This document shows, piece after piece, positions 57,335 to 64,000 of a stretch of 64,000 nucleotides of DNA (position 1 is the first letter of the stretch; every line of letters begins with the position of its first letter). A program made the translations under genes and the position numbers. A model generated the notes under the pieces. It did not search any database. It was given only the letters and a program-made list of their open reading frames with translations, and was not told the origin of the DNA. The DNA lies in NCBI GenBank assembly GCA_014729995.1, contig WJIZ01000044.1, positions 14,330-78,329 of the forward strand, in the 5' to 3' direction. The DNA comes from Candidatus Woesearchaeota archaeon. Its GTDB lineage: Archaea > Nanobdellota > Nanobdellia > Woesearchaeales > WJIZ01.

Positions 57335-58156
57335 TCAGTATATTTTTGCATCTAGACAAATCCTGAATTTGCCGGGCCCATATTGCCCGCACTTGGTGAA
57401 ATTTAGAATTCTTGCTTTTTTAGCTGCTTCTTTTACTTTTTTTTCAGATAACCCAAAATCATTCTCATGCAGGAAATCATAGAAATGCAAAATTCCTCCT
57501 TTCTTTACTTTAGTTAAAGCAATATCCAGAAAATCTTCTGCAGATTTCGGCAAAGGCATCAACACCCTGTCGAATCTTTTTCTAATCTTAGGCAAAACCA
57601 TATTCACATCTCCTAAAAATAGATTCACATTATTCGCCTTGTTTAATTCGATATTTTCCAATGCATATCTATGAGCAATAGTGTTTATTTCTACTCCATA
57701 TATCTCATTTGCTTCGGAATTTTTTGCAATATTAACACAGTAAACTCCGCAGCCCGAAAACATCACCAAAACATTTTCACCTTTCTTCACTAATTTATTT
57801 ATCCTTTCCCTTTCATGACCCAGCCTCGCTGAAAAATAAACCTTTTCTACATTAAGTTTAACTCTAATTCCATTCTCACTGTGAACAGTTTCCTTCCTTC
57901 TGTTACCTGCTATTATCTTCAGTTTCGGTGTCCTGAATTTGCCGCCGTATTTTCCAACTTTTTTTGTAACAACCCTAACATTCTTGAAATTGTTTAGAAT
58001 AGTTTCTCCTATGATTTTTTCTTTTTTGTTTAGCTCTTCAGGAAAATCAGAAAAGATTAGAATATCACCTACAACATCAAAACTGGTCGGCATTATAGCT
58101 AGCTGTTTTTTTGTTAGTTTTCTTTCTAGGAGTTGTTTAAGTTTTTTTGGTTTCAC
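57335..58156 (-). CDS. trm5: tRNA (guanine37-N1)-methyltransferase Trm5 / Met-10+ family
   Basis: FDVVGDILIF, VYFSARLGHERERI and VLVMFSGCGVY (SAM motif I). 273 aa. Confidence 0.8.
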   Translation of the reverse strand: MKPKKLKQLLERKLTKKQLAIMPTSFDVVGDILIFSDFPEELNKKEKIIGETILNNFKNVRVVTKKVGKYGGKFRTPKLKIIAGNRRKETVHSENGIRVKLNVEKVYFSARLGHERERINKLVKKGENVLVMFSGCGVYCVNIAKNSEANEIYGVEINTIAHRYALENIELNKANNVNLFLGDVNMVLPKIRKRFDRVLMPLPKSAEDFLDIALTKVKKGGILHFYDFLHENDFGLSEKKVKEAAKKARILNFTKCGQYGPGKFRICLDAKIY

Positions 58157-58432
58157 AAATAGGTTAGAGTATGTTAGGGTTTTTTAAGGTTTGGGTGATA
58201 GTAAAAATCATAGGTATGGGCTTGGAAATTTAGGATGTGGAGAAGGTGTATAGCTGAAATAATCGAGGATTCTTAATATTGATTCATGCATTTACCCAAA
58301 GAACCTGATAGCATTTTTAAAAAATTATTATTAAAGATATGCATTAACAAACTAAAAATATATCAAGGCATTGGTGATAATACGACAAAGTAGGGGCTTT
58401 ATAGAGAATATAATGATTGATTTGGGTCTGTT

Positions 58433-59467
58433 TTAAAGAAACTCGCCCAAATCCTTCTGCGTCTGTTTCTCTTTCTCAGCCGAGATCTTGTCTAACGTAG
58501 AATTCACTCTCTCTTCAGAAAAATCATGCTCCTCGACCAGTATCTCATATACCTTGTCCCTGTTAACCTTATCCCAGTTAAGGAAATAATCGTCACTAAC
58601 CGGCATCTTCTTGATCAGGTAATAAACCTCGTTCCACGGAATTTCAAAATTATCATCCCATTTTGCATCCTTAAACATATTATCAAAGTCATTGCCGTAT
58701 TTCTTAACAAGCTCAACAGCTTTTTTAGGGCCAATGCCTTTTATCCCTTTATTATTGAAGTCGGTCCCGACCAGCATGCATAAGGCTATAAGCTGCTCCT
58801 GGTCAATGCCTAAACTATTCAGTGTATCAGAAAGATTGACTATCTCGGGCTTGATAGCCTCATAGGCAAGCTTGTTGCTCTTTTTTCTTTTTCCTGAGAA
58901 AGACAGGTTTCTTATCAGCTTGGGGCACCCGAACATAAGGGAATCCGCATCCTGCGAAGCAGAGGCAAATGCCTTGCCCTGCTTAACTATATATGCAGCC
59001 TGCGCCTCTGCTTCCGAAGGTGCAACAATAACAGGAATCCCCATGCCTGCGAGCAGTTTCTTAGCCTCTTCTATCATATCAGAGCTCAGCTTGGAAGTCC
59101 TTGCGGCATACTTCTTCATTTCATCCAAATCTTTCTTTGCTTTTGCCTCCTCATATTTCACAGAAGCATCTTCTTTCAGCTGTCTTCTCTTCTGCCTTTC
59201 CTTCATCTTCAACTCAGGGGATTTGCCGTCAAAAACATAGCATAGCCTTAGCCCTTGCTGCATCAGCTTTGCATTCCTAGTAAATAATCCTGTAAGATGG
59301 GAAGTGACCCTGCCATGAGAATCCATAAGCAGGCCGCCGTCTCTCTGCCTGATAGTAGTTAGGAACTGATAAAGAAAAAGATGTGCATCCACCGCAATTA
59401 TCCTGTTCCTCAGACTGGCTATTTCAATTTCTTTTTTCAACAATAACTCGCTTATATTTACTCCCAT
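58433..59467 (-). CDS. fen: Flap endonuclease 1
   Basis: MGVNISELL...IAVDAHLFLYQFL...VFDGKSPELK, plus the H3TH region GIGPKKA. ATG at 59467 is preferred over the track start at 59509. Confidence 0.95.
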   Translation of the reverse strand: MGVNISELLLKKEIEIASLRNRIIAVDAHLFLYQFLTTIRQRDGGLLMDSHGRVTSHLTGLFTRNAKLMQQGLRLCYVFDGKSPELKMKERQKRRQLKEDASVKYEEAKAKKDLDEMKKYAARTSKLSSDMIEEAKKLLAGMGIPVIVAPSEAEAQAAYIVKQGKAFASASQDADSLMFGCPKLIRNLSFSGKRKKSNKLAYEAIKPEIVNLSDTLNSLGIDQEQLIALCMLVGTDFNNKGIKGIGPKKAVELVKKYGNDFDNMFKDAKWDDNFEIPWNEVYYLIKKMPVSDDYFLNWDKVNRDKVYEILVEEHDFSEERVNSTLDKISAEKEKQTQKDLGEFL

Positions 59468-59468
59468 A

Positions 59469-60311
59469 TTAAACTCCCTTAAACTGCATTCCCTTGAACT
59501 CCTTTTCAAGCATTTCCTCGGCTTTCTTAGTTAATTTTCCCTTGCCCAAAAATAATGCAGGCAGCCTCTTGGTCTGCGCCCGGATAAAAACAGAGCTTAA
59601 GTCGCCGTCATTCACCCTCTTCTTGCTCTTGGCCTTTACGAAGTATCTTAAGCTGCCCACAGCGCTTGGCACATCAACGATAAATTCCATATCAGAATTC
59701 TTCCTGATTATATTTTCCTCAATCACATTTATCTTATTCTGGATGAAATATTCATTTACGTCTCCGTAAAAATTGCTGCTTTTCTTCGCTGCTTCCTGTG
59801 CCGCTTCCTTCGTATCTTCAGGCTTTTCAGCTTTCTTTTTCTCAGTCTCTTTTTTCTTCTCAGCTTTCATGCCTAAAATGCCCCTTACGGTTTTCTCAGC
59901 TTCCTCATTGCTTATGAGGTACCATTTCCAGAATATTTCCTTGTTTCCTCTATAGTTCACGGTAAAGGGAAAGGCAAAATCCTTAAGGCTTCTTATAGCA
60001 GCCCTGAAAACAGGCACCAGCTTGGAGTCTCTCAAAACTTTCTTCTCCTTGAGAAGCTCGTAAACTTTTCTTTCCTTCTCCCCGAGGTTTTCAGAAAAAT
60101 TTTGCAGCTGGCTTTCCTGCCCTGGGAGGTAATATAGAGGGCTTCCTCCCCCTACCTTGATGTGGGATATCTTTATCCTGCCCTGTCCTTTTAATTCAGA
60201 AAGATGCGCTGAAACAAAAAAGCTGTCTGCTTGTATCTCCTTCGCTATTGTTGTAGGCAAAGAAGGCCCCCTCATCCTGATAAAGCCTAATATCCTGTCC
60301 TTATCGTCCAT
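59469..60311 (-). CDS. Uncharacterised protein: two winged-helix-like N-terminal modules, a K/E linker and a possible PD-(D/E)xK-like C-terminal domain
   Basis: ILGFIRMRGPSLPTTIAKEI...GRIKISHIKVGGGSPLYYLP (wH1), KVYELLKEKKVLRD (wH2) and MEFIVDV...YFVKAKSKK at the C-terminus. Its stop is 1 nt from the fen start. Confidence 0.5.
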   Translation of the reverse strand: MDDKDRILGFIRMRGPSLPTTIAKEIQADSFFVSAHLSELKGQGRIKISHIKVGGGSPLYYLPGQESQLQNFSENLGEKERKVYELLKEKKVLRDSKLVPVFRAAIRSLKDFAFPFTVNYRGNKEIFWKWYLISNEEAEKTVRGILGMKAEKKKETEKKKAEKPEDTKEAAQEAAKKSSNFYGDVNEYFIQNKINVIEENIIRKNSDMEFIVDVPSAVGSLRYFVKAKSKKRVNDGDLSSVFIRAQTKRLPALFLGKGKLTKKAEEMLEKEFKGMQFKGV

Positions 60312-60351
60312 TAGAAAAAAACAAGCCCGCATTCTTTATATACTTTATGCA

Positions 60352-60918
60352 CTAAGGCCTTACCCACCTGATTTCCCAGTATGTCACACTATTCTCCTCG
60401 TCAACACAGCCTATCAGCAGCCTTTTTCTCGTTGAATGAGCGACTCTGTTCTTGGCAGAAAATTCATACCATGTCAGTATAGATGCCTCATAAACAGGAA
60501 AAACTATCCATTTTGCATGATCCTCGCCAGGCCTTATTCCCCTGTCATAAACCCGGAAATCCGCGCCAAATTTCATGGCTGTCTTGATAATATACCCCCT
60601 GTTGCGCATATCCTTGAAAACACAGTACCTAATCCAAAAATTAGGCTCCAGCTTTTGTGCTTTCTTAATGAATTTCTCGAATTCTATTTTACTGTTTCTG
60701 CCGTCCAATAGGTCTATCTTTCCTTTCTCTGACAGGTAAGCTGCTTCAATAAGTGAAAGTTGCACCTTGCCTTCATCAGCTAAGGAGCCGTATCTGCTCT
60801 GATTATACAGCTCTCTTGATTCATTAGAGCTTTCGGTAATAACCCTCTGTTTCATGAAAACAGCCTTGACCTTGGGGTCTTCATTCTTCTCTGTTTCCTT
60901 TTTTTTCTTTTTCACCAT
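60352..60918 (-). CDS. endA: tRNA-splicing endonuclease
   Basis: VFKDMRNRGYIIKTAMKFGADFRVYD...HAKWIV...AHSTRKRLLI is the conserved catalytic C-terminal domain. Confidence 0.9.
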   Translation of the reverse strand: MVKKKKKETEKNEDPKVKAVFMKQRVITESSNESRELYNQSRYGSLADEGKVQLSLIEAAYLSEKGKIDLLDGRNSKIEFEKFIKKAQKLEPNFWIRYCVFKDMRNRGYIIKTAMKFGADFRVYDRGIRPGEDHAKWIVFPVYEASILTWYEFSAKNRVAHSTRKRLLIGCVDEENSVTYWEIRWVRP

Positions 60919-61039
60919 ACTGGATAAATAAAATTACTTATGCTTTAAAAAGCTTGCTTAATTATGATATTTATTTACATTATAGAAAATAAATAACTAT
61001 TCCCGAACATTTAAATAACCATTTCACAACCTCATAGCT

Positions 61040-61936
61040 ATGATAGAAATAATATTCCTTGGAACTTCCTCAATGGTTCCTACAAAAGAGAGAAACCAAA
61101 GTTCGGTCTTAATCAGCTGCAACACACAGGGAATTTTGGTGGATTGCGGCGAAGGCACCCAAAGGCAACTAAAGCACGCGAACATCCCTTTATCCAGGAT
61201 AACCAAGATACTCATCAGCCACTGGCATTCGGACCACACCCTAGGATTAGCCGGGCTGATCCAAAGCATGGGCTCATCAGAATACAGCAAAAAGTTGGAA
61301 ATATATGGGCCTACAGGCACCAAAAAACACATGGAATACATATTTAAGGCATTTTTGATCGAAAAAAGGATAGAGATGGAAGTTTTCGAGATAAAAGAAG
61401 GAAAATTCTTCGAAAACCAAGAATTCATCCTTGAATCCTATTTTCTGGAGCATGGGATAAAGGCGCTTGGCTATAATTTCATAGAAAAATCAAGAAGAAA
61501 GATACAGCTTAAAAAAATAAAAAAACTCGGATTGCCCGAAGGCCCTCTGTTGGGAAGATTGCAGAAAGGAAAAAGCATAACTTTTAAGGGTAAAAAAATC
61601 AATCCTGACAATGTCACCAAAGCCATAAAAGGAAAAAAAATAAGCATCATCACCGACACGCTGCTGTGCGACAGGTGTTACTGTATGGCCAAAGATGCTG
61701 ATTTGTTAATATGTGAATCAACTTATTCTTCAAAACTGGAGGAAAAAAGCGAGAATTACAATCACATGACCTCCAAACAGGCTGCATTAATAGCTAGTAA
61801 AGCAAATGTGAAAAAGCTTGTTTTGACGCATTTCAGCGCCAGGTATAAGTCTACTTTTGAGCTTAATGAGGACGCAAGAACTTACTTCGATAATACAGAA
61901 TGCGCATATGATTTGATGAGGATAAAGCTGAAATAA
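61040..61936 (+). CDS. rnz: Ribonuclease Z (tRNA 3' endonuclease)
   Basis: Metallo-beta-lactamase motif ISHWHSDH, LGTSSMVPTKERN and THFSARY. Confidence 0.9.
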   Translation: MIEIIFLGTSSMVPTKERNQSSVLISCNTQGILVDCGEGTQRQLKHANIPLSRITKILISHWHSDHTLGLAGLIQSMGSSEYSKKLEIYGPTGTKKHMEYIFKAFLIEKRIEMEVFEIKEGKFFENQEFILESYFLEHGIKALGYNFIEKSRRKIQLKKIKKLGLPEGPLLGRLQKGKSITFKGKKINPDNVTKAIKGKKISIITDTLLCDRCYCMAKDADLLICESTYSSKLEEKSENYNHMTSKQAALIASKANVKKLVLTHFSARYKSTFELNEDARTYFDNTECAYDLMRIKLK

Positions 61937-61975
61937 AAAAATTTATATTGTATTCTCCTGTCTTCATTTTGTAAA

Positions 61976-62362
61976 ATGTCAAGAAAATCAAAAGGCATAA
62001 ATGCTGAAAGGTCTCTGATACATAAATTCTGGCAGGAAAACTGGTGTGCTGTTAGGATAGCCGGCTCAGGCAGTTGCAGGTATCCCTCCCCCGATATCCT
62101 TGCAGGAAACAACCTAAGGAAGCTGGCAATAGAGTGCAAGACATCAAAGGATTCTGCAAAATATTTAACAAGCAAAGAAATACAGGAGCTGCTTGAATTC
62201 TCTAAACTTTTTGGTGCAGAAGCATGGATAGCTATAAAATTCGATAAGTTAGAATGGTATTTTCTTACTACAGAAGACCTGAATAGGACAGAAAGCCACT
62301 ATGTAATAACTGCCGAAAACGCAAAAAATAAGGGATTATTATTCAGCGAATTGCTGGGCTGA
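61976..62362 (+). CDS. hjc: Holliday junction resolvase Hjc
   Basis: KGINAERSL...RIAGSGS...PDILAGNN.RKLAIECKTSK gives the E / D / E-x-K nuclease motif. Confidence 0.9.
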   Translation: MSRKSKGINAERSLIHKFWQENWCAVRIAGSGSCRYPSPDILAGNNLRKLAIECKTSKDSAKYLTSKEIQELLEFSKLFGAEAWIAIKFDKLEWYFLTTEDLNRTESHYVITAENAKNKGLLFSELLG

Positions 62363-62566
62363 TTATCTTTTCTTTTTCCTCTTGCCCTCCACTTCCTTCT
62401 CAATCTTGATTTCTTCCTTGATGACTTTCTCGACCACTCTTTCAATGTGCATCTCGATTCTTGCCACTCTCCTTTCCATAGAAACAAGAACTCTCAAGGA
62501 ATATACTATAGCAGCAAGTGTTCCCATTATAACTGCCAGTGTAACTTCGGGCACAGTAAGTTGCAT
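62363..62566 (-). CDS. Hypothetical small protein (one TM helix plus a charged coiled-coil tail)
   Basis: 67 aa: VTLAVIMGTLAAIVYSLRVLV followed by an E/K/R-rich helix. Preferred over the overlapping + strand ORF. Confidence 0.4.
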   Translation of the reverse strand: MQLTVPEVTLAVIMGTLAAIVYSLRVLVSMERRVARIEMHIERVVEKVIKEEIKIEKEVEGKRKKKR

Positions 62567-62624
62567 ATGATCACCTCTTTTAGTGTCTAGACTGGATATT
62601 TGTCAATTCCCTATTTAAATCTTT

Positions 62625-63440
62625 TCATCTAAGCGCTTGTACAGATGTACCCATATTCTGCCATTTGCTGTCAAATACTTTCTCAAAAGTGCTTACAAAG
62701 AACTCAGAATTTACCCATATGCCAACATCATAGCTTGGGTGAACAATCTTATCATCCAAAAGCATGAAAATTGCTTCCGTGCTGTTTATTAGGCAAAACC
62801 TCCCTCTGATATCGGTATGCCTTATTTCAGCATATTTTGACATCTCAGAAACAATGTCCTTTATATCCCGCTTAAGCTGGGTGGCAATCCTCACTTTGAT
62901 GCCCTTTTTGCTCAGCTTCTTTATAGAAGGCATCAAAAAGCTGTATTTTCTTTTAAGCCCTTCAGGAGTTGTAAGTATGGAAACAGAACTTGTTGCTTTT
63001 TTTATCCTTGACTCAATATGGTTGTTAAGGTTGTCCCGACCCGTTATTGATCCTGTAAGTTCAGTTGGCTCTATCATCTCTATACCCTGGGAATGAAGTG
63101 TGTTCAGCTCCTTAAGGATAGCACTTTCCTTCAGCTCATTTATAATGCTTAGCTGGTTCTCAGTAGATTTCTTCACCTTGGCCTTTACCCTCTCTAAGAC
63201 CTCTTCGGGCGGAACTGCTGTATATTTAATGGGCTTTCCTAATTTTCTTATAATAAATCCTTTCCTTTCCAGACTCTCCAGTACATCATATGTCCTGCTC
63301 CTGGGAACGTTTGCTATATCCGAAAGCTCGCCTGCGGTAGAGCTTCCTCTGGAAAGCAGAGCAGTCCATAATTTAGATTCATAAGTATTAAGGCCGAATT
63401 CCCTAAGCTTGTTCAAAAAGTTCTTTTGTACTATCATCAT
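62625..63440 (-). CDS. trmB: TrmB-family transcriptional regulator (paralog 2)
   Basis: Roughly half of its residues are identical by eye to the 26831-27643 protein, including TAGELSDIANVPRSR.YDVLESLE.KGF and HP.YDVGIWVN. Confidence 0.85.
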   Translation of the reverse strand: MMIVQKNFLNKLREFGLNTYESKLWTALLSRGSSTAGELSDIANVPRSRTYDVLESLERKGFIIRKLGKPIKYTAVPPEEVLERVKAKVKKSTENQLSIINELKESAILKELNTLHSQGIEMIEPTELTGSITGRDNLNNHIESRIKKATSSVSILTTPEGLKRKYSFLMPSIKKLSKKGIKVRIATQLKRDIKDIVSEMSKYAEIRHTDIRGRFCLINSTEAIFMLLDDKIVHPSYDVGIWVNSEFFVSTFEKVFDSKWQNMGTSVQALR

Positions 63441-63734
63441 ATCACTCCCTGTTTGTTATAACCCACAGCAAAGGAAGTAAACTGAATTTATAAAAGTTTC
63501 TATATTTGCTACTACAAAAGGGCAAATTATTGTTAATGAAATTAATTCTTAAGAAAAATTCATTCATGGCAGAGATGAGTCTAGTTGTCCCTTACAGTAT
63601 GCCGTAAGAATTTTGCAAAGCAAATGGCTGTCCCGGGCCAAAATGAAAGGGTTTTTCAAATTAATTTTCATTATTAGGGCAAAGTCAACTTAAATGAGGA
63701 AGATAATATCTATCTATTTCTTAAGAATACTTAG

Positions 63735-63787
63735 CAGTCGAGAATGCCTAGAGGTAATCAGCTCTAGGCAGTAAAACTTCTCGGCTG
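63735..63787. other. Compound imperfect hairpin (10-bp outer and 9-bp inner helices, 8-nt loop, 7-nt 3' bulge)
   Basis: cagtcgagaa-tgcctagag-[gtaatcag]-ctctaggca-[gtaaaac]-ttctcggctg. The outer helix has one G-U pair. It is followed by an A8 run and lies in an ORF-free region. Confidence 0.6.
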
Positions 63788-63867
63788 ACTAAAAAAAATG
63801 GTGATGTTATATGATACAGACTGATTTATATAGCTTTAGCTTTCAGCAAAGAAATTTAGTTCCTTAG

Positions 63868-64000
63868 TGGAAGAAATGCGGAGCAGAGAATGTCTACAAA
63901 GACGGAAAAAACAAGCACGGAAAACAGCTGTACAGGTGTAGGAATGCGGTTTCAGGTTTGTCTGGAGCTCGGACCTGCCAAGAAGAAACTTTTTTAGCAA
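63868..64000 (+). mobile_element. Remnant of an IS-type transposase N-terminal zinc-finger (frameshifted, no start codon, runs to the window edge)
   Basis: One frame reads KKCGAENVYKDGKNKHGKQLYRCRN and then, after a 1-nt shift at about 63943-63945, CGFRFVWSSDLPRRNFFS. Together these give CxxC-x17-CxxC, as in IS1/IS6-like transposase N-termini. A stop codon precedes it at 63865-63867. Confidence 0.4.

Noticed and set aside
58157-58432. 276-bp intergenic region between trm5 and fen, scanned for tRNA or C/D-box sRNA
   Set aside because: No acceptor/T-arm-like GC-rich helices and no UGAUGA box on either strand. An 8-bp inverted repeat (gatttggg/cccaaatc) overlaps the fen stop and is more likely a 3'-end structure.
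63795-63835. gtgatgt-N13-ctga as a C-box / D'-box half of a C/D sRNA
   Set aside because: The C box is imperfect, and no C' or D box follows within the expected distance.

Overview
AT-rich archaeal chromosomal segment that is almost entirely coding (about 70 CDS). By eye I found no rRNA, tRNA or CRISPR array. The gene content and the reduced ribosomal cluster suggest a small-genome, possibly DPANN-like archaeon, but that is inference only. Layout: (1) 2-11454 (+): the archaeal S10/spc ribosomal-protein cluster, uL22 to uL15, then secY, a DUF106/YidC-like insertase, eL34 and eL14. Several r-proteins carry Lys/Glu-rich tails. The usual Rpp29, adk and cmk genes are missing. (2) 13041-26680 (-): a 13-gene co-directional block. 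It runs split transketolase, DAHP synthase, aroB, an aroD-aroE fusion, P-loop aroK, aroC, aroA, tyrA, pheA, then pheS, a LUD-domain gene and pheT. (3) 26831-35554: a TrmB regulator, an OFA-type MFS transporter, and a minus-strand acs / isochorismatase-like / HDAC-like deacetylase / ACD-GNAT (Pat-like) cluster. This looks like a complete reversible lysine-acetylation module for acetyl-CoA synthetase. (4) A twice-frameshifted GT2 gene, pelota, and a CPA2-RCK antiporter. (5) 39839-46548 (+): a five-gene operon of uncharacterised envelope proteins. It comprises a signal-anchor protein, a ~10-TM protein with a large Cys-rich ectodomain, and three tandem paralogous lipobox lipoproteins. This is the best candidate for an undescribed system. 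(6) rfcS, a PRC-barrel protein, tyrS. (7) A proteolysis island: M16, M24, two M29-like peptidases and PAN. (8) A TPR/GT-C-like membrane protein. (9) A nucleic-acid processing neighbourhood: Trm5, FEN1, an unknown wHTH protein, EndA, RNase Z and Hjc. (10) A second TrmB paralog, followed by a 560-bp ORF-free region with a compound hairpin and a frameshifted IS-type zinc-finger transposase remnant at the window edge. Product calls rest on motif recognition in the supplied translations. No database search was possible.
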